From contig NC_000908.2 of assembly GCF_000027325.1 (NCBI RefSeq), positions 240,001-272,000 on the forward strand: a stretch of 32,000 nt of DNA, read 5' to 3'. Source of the stretch: Mycoplasmoides genitalium G37 (GTDB lineage: Bacteria > Bacillota_I > Bacilli_A > Mycoplasmatales > Mycoplasmoidaceae). Shown here one piece after another: positions 18,041 through 28,011 of this stretch; positions within the stretch are counted from its first letter, which is position 1, and each line of letters starts with the position of its first letter. Position numbers and translations under genes: made by a program. The notes beneath the pieces are model-generated. The model made no database searches. It was not told where the DNA came from and was given only the letters and a program-made list of their open reading frames with translations.

Positions 18041-19159
18041 ATGGAAAAAAATAGATCAGCTTTTCAACAAAACCAACAAGCATCAAACCAACCTTTTAAC
18101 CAAGATCAAAACCAGTATTACCAAGATCCTAACCAACAACAATTTAACCAATCTGGTTTTGATCCAAATCAACAGCAATTTAATCAACCAGGATTTGATC
18201 CTAACCAACAATATTATCAAGATCCCAATCAACAACAATTTAATCAAGCTGGTTTTGATCAAAACCAACAGTATTACCAAGATCCCAATCAACAGCAATT
18301 TAATCAACCAGGATTTGATCCTAACCAACAATATTATCAAGATCCCAATCAACAACAATTTAATCAAGCTGGTTTTGATCAAAACCAGTATTACCAAGAT
18401 CCTAACCAACAACAATTTAACCAATCTGGTTTTGATCAAAACCAGTACTATCAAGATCCTAATCAGCAACAATTTAACCAGCCTAGTTTTGATCTAAATA
18501 ACCAACAATTTAACCAACCTGGATTCAACCAATCCCCAGCATTTGAAATCACACCTCAAGAGCAAAAAGCTGAACAGGAAATGTTTGGTGAAGAACCACC
18601 TCAAGTAGTTAGAGAGATCCATGAACTACCATTTGAAAAGATCCGTTCTTTTTTACAAAGTGATTTTGATAGCTATAACTTTCGCTTAAACTCACTTAAA
18701 AGCAAACTGGATAATGCCTTGTATTCACTTGATAAAACAATCCAAAACACCAATGAAAACACTGCTAATCTAGAAGCAATTAGACATAACTTAGAACAAA
18801 AGATTCAAAACCAAAGCAAGCAATTAAGAACTAACTTTGATACCCAAAAGCTTGATGATAAGATCAATGAATTGGAGATCAGAATGCAAAAACTAACCAG
18901 GAATTTTGAATCTCTAAGTGAACTTTCAAAGCACAACTCTTATCCTAATTACTATGAAAAATTGTTACCAAATGGTGGTGATAGTATGACCAATGTCTTT
19001 GAAAAAGCACTAATGATGAATTTATTGAGAACTACATTACCCCCTCAACCCCAAGTTCAATACTACCCTCAACCCTATCCATACATAAGACCTTACTATG
19101 ATGAACCTATTTACGCTGGGTTTAGAAGAAGGGGTTACCGTGATGACTTCTATGAATAA
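18041..19159 (+). CDS. Terminal-organelle protein, P65-like (Q/N/P-rich acidic repeat N-domain plus coiled coil plus Pro/Tyr-rich C-terminus), 372 aa
   Basis: Track ORF. The N-terminal 165 aa are tandem DPNQQQFNQ[SPA]GFD[PQ]NQ(Q)YYQ units, followed by a heptad-rich segment and the tail PPQPQVQYYPQPYPYIRPYYDEPIYAGFRRRGYRDDFYE. Its position immediately upstream of hmw2 matches the p65 (MG217-type) locus as I recall it. Confidence 0.85.
   Translation: MEKNRSAFQQNQQASNQPFNQDQNQYYQDPNQQQFNQSGFDPNQQQFNQPGFDPNQQYYQDPNQQQFNQAGFDQNQQYYQDPNQQQFNQPGFDPNQQYYQDPNQQQFNQAGFDQNQYYQDPNQQQFNQSGFDQNQYYQDPNQQQFNQPSFDLNNQQFNQPGFNQSPAFEITPQEQKAEQEMFGEEPPQVVREIHELPFEKIRSFLQSDFDSYNFRLNSLKSKLDNALYSLDKTIQNTNENTANLEAIRHNLEQKIQNQSKQLRTNFDTQKLDDKINELEIRMQKLTRNFESLSELSKHNSYPNYYEKLLPNGGDSMTNVFEKALMMNLLRTTLPPQPQVQYYPQPYPYIRPYYDEPIYAGFRRRGYRDDFYE
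18103..18525 (+). repeat. In-frame tandem repeat array (about 60-nt subunits, 120-nt super-unit) encoding the Q/N/P-rich domain
   Basis: Sequence lines 18181-18240 and 18301-18360 are identical. The full perfect copy is 18167-18267 = 18287-18387 (101 nt). Confidence 0.9.
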
Positions 19160-19176
19160 AAAGCGTGTTTTAACTA

Positions 19177-22100
19177 ATGAAACCATTTGATAAAAAACCT
19201 TCGCTGCAACCAATTTATGACATTGGTTTTGATGATGGTTATCTCCAAAGTGAGTATGAAAAAAATCGTTCTAAAACCGATGTTGATAAGATCGAAAACC
19301 AGCTTTTAAAAGAGATTAAAAGCCTGGAAGATGAACTTAAAAACCTTAAGGGCTTGAAGAATCAAGCAGAAGATAATCCTGAACTTGATAAAAAGATTAA
19401 CCACTTGGAAGTTGATCTAAACCGTTTGGTTAATGAATATAAAAACTTCCAGTTCCAAAAGAACCACATGGTTGATAAGGTTAGTGAACTTGATAACTTA
19501 ACCCGTTTTTATAAGAATGAACTAACCCGCTTACAACAAGAAAACGCTGATTTTCTCAACTCCAAGTATGCTAATTTAGCTAACTTCCAAGCTAACTACC
19601 ACAATAAACTAAATGATTTTCACCGCTTAATAGAAAATCAAAACCAAACCATTAACCGCTTAAACCAAAAGATTAATGGTAACCAAAATCTGATTGATAA
19701 TAACGTTGCTTTACTGCAAAACCCCAACATCACAGTTGAAAAAAAGAACTACTTACTAAATGTTATTGATCAACTTTACAATGAGCTTGATCAACTTGAG
19801 AATCAAAAAAGATTATTAAGTATTGAGTATGAAAATACCTATAGAGAGTTAGTTAGTGCAGATAATGAACTGCAAAATGTTTATGAAAACATCGATCAAA
19901 ATCAGATCCAGTTTAAACACCAATACCAAACTTATAGAGATGAGTTAAGTCAACTTGAGCGCAAGATCCAGCTCACCAAACAAGAGTTAGTTGATAAAGA
20001 ATCAGCACTAAGAGTAAAGATAGATGATGCTGATTTTTACATTAATGCCCGTTTAGCTGAACTTGATGATGTAGCTAAACAACTTAGCTTTCAAGATGGT
20101 ATTACCAAGCAAAATGCTCAACATGTTGAGGATAAGTTAGTTGCTTTAAACAAAGAAAAAGACCGTTTAAATACCCAAAAAGAGGCCTTTTTTAACTTAA
20201 GACAATCTGCTTTAATTGATATCAATAAACTCCAGCAGGAAAATGAACTGTTTGCTAAGCACTTAGAACACCAGCAAAATGAGTTTGAACAAAAACAGTC
20301 TGATAGCCTCTTAAAGCTTGAAACTGAATATAAGGCTTTACAACACAAGATTAATGAATTTAAAAATGAAAGTGCCACTAAGAGCGAGGAACTTTTAAAC
20401 CAAGAACGGGAACTATTTGAAAAACGCAGGGAAATTGACACGCTTTTAACCCAAGCATCTTTGGAATATGAACACCAACGTGAGTCAAGTCAACTACTCA
20501 AAGATAAGCAGAATGAAGTAAAACAACACTTCCAAAACTTAGAGTATGCTAAAAAGGAGCTAGACAAAGAAAGAAACCTCTTAGATCAACAAAAAAAAGT
20601 TGATAGTGAAGCAATCTTTCAACTCAAAGAAAAGGTTGCTCAAGAACGTAAGGAGCTTGAAGAACTATACCTTGTTAAAAAACAAAAACAAGATCAGAAG
20701 GAAAATGAACTGTTGTTTTTTGAAAAGCAGTTAAAACAACACCAAGCAGATTTTGAAAATGAATTGGAAGCTAAACAACAGGAGTTGTTTGAAGCTAAAC
20801 ATGCATTGGAACGTTCCTTTATCAAACTTGAAGATAAAGAAAAAGATCTTAACACTAAAGCACAACAGATTGCCAATGAGTTTTCCCAACTAAAAACTGA
20901 TAAGTCAAAGAGTGCTGATTTTGAACTAATGTTGCAAAATGAGTATGAAAACTTGCAACAAGAAAAACAAAAGTTATTCCAAGAACGTACTTACTTTGAA
21001 AGGAATGCTGCGGTTTTATCAAACCGGTTACAACAAAAACGTGAGGAGTTATTACAACAAAAAGAAACGCTTGATCAGCTTACAAAAAGCTTTGAGCAAG
21101 AACGGTTAATCAACCAAAGGGAACACAAGGAGTTGGTTGCATCAGTTGAAAAACAAAAGGAGATATTGGGCAAAAAACTCCAAGATTTTTCCCAAACTTC
21201 ACTGAACGCTTCTAAAAATTTAGCTGAACGGGAGATGGCAATCAAGTTTAAAGAAAAGGAGATAGAAGCAACTGAAAAGCAACTGTTAAATGATGTTAAT
21301 AATGCTGAAGTTATCCAAGCAGACTTAGCACAACTCAACCAATCACTTAACCAAGAACGCAGTGAATTGCAAAACGCCAAACAAAGGATTGCTGATTTTC
21401 ACAATGATTCACTAAAAAAACTCAATGAGTATGAACTTAGCTTACAAAAACGGTTGCAAGAATTACAAACCCTTGAGGCTAACCAAAAACAACATTCATA
21501 TCAAAATCAAGCTTACTTTGAAGGTGAACTTGATAAACTTAACAGAGAAAAACAAGCTTTTTTGAACTTACGTAAGAAACAAACTATGGAGGTTGATGCT
21601 ATTAAACAAAGGTTGAGTGATAAACATCAAGCTTTAAATATGCAACAAGCAGAGCTAGATAGAAAAACCCATGAGTTAAATAATGCTTTTTTAAACCATG
21701 ATGCGGATCAAAAGAGTCTACAGGACCAACTAGCAACTGTTAAAGAGACCCAAAAACTAATTGATTTAGAACGTAGTGCACTGCTTGAAAAGCAACGTGA
21801 GTTTGCTGAAAATGTTGCTGGTTTTAAGCGCCATTGGTCTAATAAAACTAGTCAACTCCAAAAGATTTATGAACTGACCAAAAAACAGGAAAGTGAGCAA
21901 ACCCAAAAGGAAACAGAACTAAAGATTGCTTTTAGTGATCTACAAAAAGACTATCAGGTTTTTGAACTCCAAAAGGACCAAGAATTTAGACAAATTGAAG
22001 CTAAGCAACGTGAACTTGACAAGTTAGCTGAAAAAAATAATCAGGTCAAACTAGAACTTGATAACAGGTTTCAAGCGCTGCAAAACCAAAAGCAAGACAC

Positions 22101-24594
22101 AGTACAAGCTCAGCTAGAACTGGAACGTGAACAACACCAGTTAAACCTTGAGCAAACTGCTTTCAACCAAGCTAATGAATCACTTTTAAAACAACGTGAA
22201 CAACTCACCAAAAAGATCCAAGCTTTCCACTATGAGTTGAAAAAGCGTAACCAATTCTTAGCTTTAAAAGGGAAAAGGTTGTTTGCAAAAGAGCAAGATC
22301 AACAACGCAAAGATCAGGAGATCAACTGACGCTTTAAACAGTTTGAAAAGGAATATACTGATTTTGATGAAGCTAAGAAAAGGGAACTTGAAGAGCTTGA
22401 AAAGATCAGAAGAAGTTTAAGTCAAAGCAACGTTGAATTAGAGAGAAAAAGAGAAAAACTGGCTACTGATTTCACTAATTTAAATAAGGTTCAACACAAC
22501 ACCCAAATTAACCGTGATCAACTTAACAGTCAGATCAGACAGTTCTTATTAGAACGCAAAAACTTCCAACGCTTTAGTAATGAAGCTAATGCTAAAAAAG
22601 CCTTTTTAATTAAGCGCTTAAGAAGCTTTGCATCCAATCTAAAACTCCAAAAAGAAGCGTTAGCAATCCAAAAACTAGAGTTTGATAAGCGTGATGAACA
22701 ACAGAAAAAAGAGTTACAGCAAGCTACTTTACAACTAGAACAGTTCAAGTTTGAAAAGCAAAACTTTGACATTGAAAAACAACGCCAACTAGTTGCTATT
22801 AAAACTCAGTGTGAAAAACTTAGTGATGAAAAAAAGGCACTAAACCAAAAGCTAGTTGAACTAAAAAACTTATCCCAAACCTATCTTGCTAATAAGAATA
22901 AGGCTGAATACTCCCAGCAACAACTCCAACAGAAATACACCAATTTACTTGATCTGAAGGAAAACTTAGAGAGAACCAAAGATCAATTAGATAAAAAACA
23001 TCGTTCTATCTTCGCTAGATTAACTAAGTTTGCAAATGACTTACGTTTTGAAAAAAAGCAACTGTTAAAAGCACAGCGCATAGTTGATGATAAAAACCGT
23101 CTTTTGAAAGAAAATGAACGTAACCTCCATTTCCTTTCCAATGAAACAGAACGAAAACGAGCAGTTCTCGAAGATCAAATTTCTTACTTTGAAAAACAAC
23201 GTAAACAAGCTACTGATGCGATCCTAGCATCACATAAAGAAGTTAAAAAGAAGGAAGGTGAACTGCAAAAGTTACTGGTTGAATTAGAAACAAGAAAAAC
23301 CAAACTCAACAATGATTTTGCAAAATTCTCAAGACAACGTGAAGAGTTTGAAAACCAACGCTTAAAGCTCTTGGAACTGCAAAAAACCCTGCAAACCCAA
23401 ACTAATTCCAACAACTTTAAAACCAAAGCAATCCAAGAGATTGAAAACAGTTATAAAAGGGGGATGGAAGAACTTAACTTCCAAAAGAAGGAGTTTGATA
23501 AGAATAAATCACGCTTATATGAATACTTTAGAAAGATGCGTGATGAGATTGAAAGAAAGGAAAGTCAGGTTAAGTTAGTTTTAAAAGAGACCCAAAGGAA
23601 AGCCAACCTCTTAGAAGCACAAGCCAACAAACTTAACATTGAAAAAAACACTATTGACTTTAAAGAAAAAGAGTTAAAAGCCTTTAAAGATAAGGTTGAT
23701 CAAGACATTGATTCAACCAATAAACAACGCAAGGAGTTAAATGAGCTTTTAAATGAAAACAAGTTATTACAACAATCACTAATCGAAAGAGAAAGGGCTA
23801 TTAATTCCAAAGATTCACTTCTAAATAAGAAGATAGAAACGATTAAACGCCAACTCCATGATAAGGAGATGCGGGTGTTGCGCTTGGTTGATAGAATGAA
23901 ATTAGCAGAACAGAAATACCAAACAGAAATCAACCGCTTAAGAACCCAAACTTTCGATTCTGAAAAACAAGACATTAAAAACTTCTTCCCACCGTTATTT
24001 AAAATTAACGGTAATGATATGGCCTTTCCTTACTTGTACCCCTGACTATATCCTCAACAAAAGCAAGATGATAATACTCTGCAAATTCGTCAGCTTTTTG
24101 AACAGCAGCTGCAGTTCATGCAACAACGCTATGAAAATGAGTTAAATGAATTGCGTAGACAACGTAATTTACTTGAGAAAAAACTTGATCAAATCCAACT
24201 AGAATCCCAACTTAATAATAAGCAAAGTGAGTTTAGTAAGGTGGAATCAATGATGGAAAAACTACTTGAAAAAACTGAGAGTAGGTTAAATGATTTTGAT
24301 CAGAAAATTAACTATCTCACCAAGAAAGTTAACCAACACAACACCTATCAACCAAGTTCCTATCAACCAACTCCTTCTTATCAAGACAGTGATAAACAAC
24401 AGTTGTTATTTAGAATCCAAGAACTGGAAAAACAAAACTTATTCCAACAACAATTTCAACCTGCACCAGCTGTTGTCCAACAACCTACTAGTTTTGCAGC
24501 CCCTAACATCACCAAACAACAGCAAATTGCCCAACTTAATGCTGAAATTAACAACATTAAAAGGTTGATTGCCCAAAAAGCAGCAAGTAAATAA
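19177..24594 (+). CDS. hmw2: Cytadherence high-molecular-weight protein 2 (HMW2), giant coiled-coil terminal-organelle protein, 1805 aa
   Basis: Track ORFs 19177..22329, 23104..24045 and 24118..24594, plus an untracked 258-codon stretch (22330-23103, no ATG/GTG/TTG), are all in one frame. They join via TGA 22327-22329 and 24043-24045. The composition is almost entirely E/K/Q/L/N heptad-like. The 1805-aa length matches my recollection of M. genitalium HMW2. Confidence 0.92.
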
Positions 24595-24596
24595 AG

Positions 24597-25637
24597 ATGG
24601 TTAATAATGAATATCAACAACTAAACACTTTAGTTGAGAGTGATGATGAAGCGGATCTTGTGATTGCTAACCTAGTTAAACAACTCAATGAACTAAAGCA
24701 AATCCTTGTTTCACTAGATAATCAAGAAGCAAGTGCCACTGCAGTTACTGATAAAAAGGAAGAGGAATACAACCAAAACCAATCCAGTTTCCATAACTTC
24801 AGCAAAGAAACACTGCAAAAGCAAGCAAAACGTGGTTTTCTTTTACTGGAACGCTGTTCGTTGGTTGGGTTACAACAACTAGAGTTGGAGTATGTTAATT
24901 TGTTGGGCAGAAGTTTTGATTCTTATCAACAAAAAACAGAGCTTTTAAACAACTTAAAGGAGCTTGTTGATGAACATTTCAGTGATACTGAAAAAATTAT
25001 CAATACCCTTGAAAAGATCTTTGATGTTATTGGCGGTAGTGAATATACCCCTGTCTTAAACTCGTTTTTTAACAAGCTTTTAAGTGATCCTGATCCAATC
25101 CAACGGGAAATTGGCTTAAGACAATTTATCATCACTCTCCGTCAGCGCTTTAAAAAGTTATCACAAAAGATTGACAGTTCTCTCAAACAGATAGAAACAG
25201 AGGCTAAAATAGCCACTGAACAGGTTCAAAATAGTGAAGTGATGTTCGGTCCCCCTGATATTGCTAATGATCATGAGTTAAACCTGAACTGACCTGATAG
25301 TGAAACAGATGCTATCTTAAGTTCAATGGAAAATGAATTGGAAGCTGCTTTATTAGCAAAACACCAAGAAGAACCACCGTTAATTGTTACCCCACCCAGC
25401 TTAATAAAACCAACTGTTAGTCAACCTGAAGTTGAAGTTGTTACACCTACTAACAACACTAATTTCCAACCCCAAGTTGATCTCAAACCTACTGATTTGA
25501 AAAAACAACAGAAGAAAAAACCACTTAACTTTATTACCCGTCCTGTTTTCAAAAGTAATTTGCCACCGAAACTAAGTAAGGATGACATAGTTCATTATGC
25601 GCACCAGTTACTTGAAAAAAATACCCATAATGAATAG
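24597..25637 (+). CDS. Terminal-organelle protein, P41-like (MG491-type), 346 aa
   Basis: Track ORFs 24597..25292 and 25326..25637 share a frame and join via TGA 25290-25292. It starts 2 nt after the hmw2 stop. The identity call rests on operon position (p65-hmw2-p41-p24) recalled from M. pneumoniae and M. genitalium. Confidence 0.8.
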
Positions 25638-26043
25638 TGATAGTGATCTAAAACTCCAAAAGGTGTGGATCGAGCGGCATGTTGATCAAGATGAACTTAG
25701 TTTAACAACTACTGCAGTTGAACTTAAAAAGAGTGATGAACAAAAACCTGTTGCCATTAAAAGTAGTGACTTTATTGGTCATGAAGAGTTAATCTCTGTT
25801 CCAGTTTTACTAATCCCAACCCCTGTTGTTAAAGAGATTGATCAACCAGCAGTTATTCCTCCAGTTAAAGCAAAACCAAAAGCAACTAAAAAGAAAACTC
25901 CTGTTAAATCAAAACCAACTAGTAAATCAACTAAACAAACAAAACCTAAACAATCCAAGCCCAAATCAAAACAAGTTCAACAAACCAAAGCTAAACCAAC
26001 CCAAATTCAAACAAAAAAAAGCAATAAAAAAACCAGATCTTAA
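25597..26043 (+). CDS. Terminal-organelle protein, P24-like (MG219-type) with Lys/Pro-rich basic tail, 148 aa (137 aa if it starts at ATG 25630)
   Basis: Track ORF. ATG 25597 overlaps the upstream gene by 41 nt. The alternative ATG 25630 gives the compact ATGAATAG overlap. Confidence 0.75.
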   Translation: MRTSYLKKIPIMNSDSDLKLQKVWIERHVDQDELSLTTTAVELKKSDEQKPVAIKSSDFIGHEELISVPVLLIPTPVVKEIDQPAVIPPVKAKPKATKKKTPVKSKPTSKSTKQTKPKQSKPKSKQVQQTKAKPTQIQTKKSNKKTRS

Positions 26044-26055
26044 TCTGGTTTTTTT
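26026..26055. terminator. Bidirectional rho-independent terminator shared by the convergent P24-like gene and the small minus-strand gene
   Basis: AAAAAAACCAGAT-CTTA-ATCTGGTTTTTTT forms a perfect 13-bp stem (6 mixed plus 7 A:T pairs) with a 4-nt loop, flanked by an A7 tract on one side and a T7 tract on the other. Confidence 0.75.
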
Positions 26056-26074
26056 AGTGTTAACAACAGTAGTT

Positions 26075-26356
26075 TTAACTAAAAACTGGAAAGGAATAGG
26101 AAGAACTACCTGGGGTTAATCCTAGTTTAAACCGTGCGGTGTTAAAGTAATTGCTTTTAGAGCGATAACTATTATTTTTATTCTCATTATCATCATCAGA
26201 ACCATTGGCATTAGCTGTGGTACTTTGAAAAATGTCATTTACTGCATGTGCAACCCCAGTAAGTGCATTAACTATCATAATAAGTCCTGCACTAAAAGTT
26301 CAGAAAGATAATCCACCAACAACTTGCTTAGCTTGTGCTTTTTCTAATTTATACAT
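26075..26356 (-). CDS. Small membrane protein, 93 aa, unknown function
   Basis: Track ORF 26075..26278 extends 26 codons upstream through a TGA (Trp) to the ATG (reverse complement of 26354-26356): MYKLEKAQAKQVVGGLSFWTFSAGLIMIVNALTGVAHAV... This gives one hydrophobic span and then an N/D/S-rich tail. It is preceded by AAGGAG. Confidence 0.7.
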
Positions 26357-26360
26357 ATAA

Positions 26361-26366
26361 CTCCTT
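26361..26366 (-). promoter_or_regulatory. Shine-Dalgarno sequence AAGGAG for the 93-aa gene
   Basis: The reverse complement reads ACAAAAGGAGTTATATG, placing AAGGAG 4 nt before the ATG. Confidence 0.6.
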
Positions 26367-26407
26367 TTGTCTATTAATCACATCTAAATCTAAAAGTGCC
26401 AAAGTTT

Positions 26408-26413
26408 TATAAT
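26408..26413 (+). promoter_or_regulatory. Candidate -10 box TATAAT for tRNA-Arg
   Basis: A perfect TATAAT lies 9 nt upstream of tRNA nucleotide 1 (26423). Confidence 0.5.
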
Positions 26414-26422
26414 TGATCAACT

Positions 26423-26499
26423 GTCATCATAGCTCAATAGGACAGAGTATCAGCTTGCGGAGCTGAGGGTTACAGGTTCGATTCCTGTTGGTGACGCCA
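26423..26499 (+). tRNA. tRNA-Arg (gene anticodon GCG), CCA encoded
   Basis: Acceptor GTCATCA/TGGTGAC (one G:U pair), D arm GCTC-AATAGGACA-GAGT, anticodon arm TCAGC-TT[GCG]GA-GCTGA, T arm ACAGG-TTCGATT-CCTGT; 77 nt. Confidence 0.85.
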
Positions 26500-26511
26500 T
26501 TAACTTTATTT

Positions 26512-26543
26512 GCCTATCAGTTAAATAACTGGTAGGCTTTTTT
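26512..26543 (+). terminator. Rho-independent terminator after tRNA-Arg
   Basis: GCCTATCAG-TTAAATAA-CTGGTAGGC forms a 9-bp stem with one G:U pair, followed by TTTTTT. Confidence 0.75.
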
Positions 26544-26575
26544 ATTGTTTTGTAGTTTATCAAGGGTTAATTTAA

Positions 26576-28010
<1,435 letters not shown>

Positions 28011-28011
28011 T

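Noticed and set aside
18083-18497. ORFs 18083..18472 (-) and 18159..18497 (+, alternative frame) over the P65-like repeat region
   Set aside because: Both are periodic Leu/Ile/Asn strings produced by reading the tandem Q/N/P repeat in other frames. The sense frame gives a coherent full-length protein with non-repeat domains.
18103-18525. Regular repeats considered as a possible CRISPR array or mobile-element terminal repeats
   Set aside because: The repeats are contiguous with no unique spacers, in frame, and translated as part of a 372-aa protein. No cas, transposase or integrase genes occur anywhere in the window.
20118-23975. Six minus-strand ORFs of 60-107 aa inside hmw2 (20118..20441, 20694..20876, 21075..21380, 22530..22772, 23184..23426, 23700..23975)
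   Set aside because: They are antisense to a GAA/AAA/CAA-rich coiled-coil gene, and that antisense strand (TTC/TTT/TTG) is naturally stop-poor. The products are Ser/Phe/Cys/Leu-rich low-complexity strings with no starts in good context. They are a composition artefact.
25826-26119. Plus-strand ORF 25826..26119 (97 aa) overlapping the P24-like gene tail and the terminator
   Set aside because: It is an alternative frame of the A/C-rich Lys/Pro tail DNA. It runs through the terminator hairpin and into the convergent gene, with no independent support.
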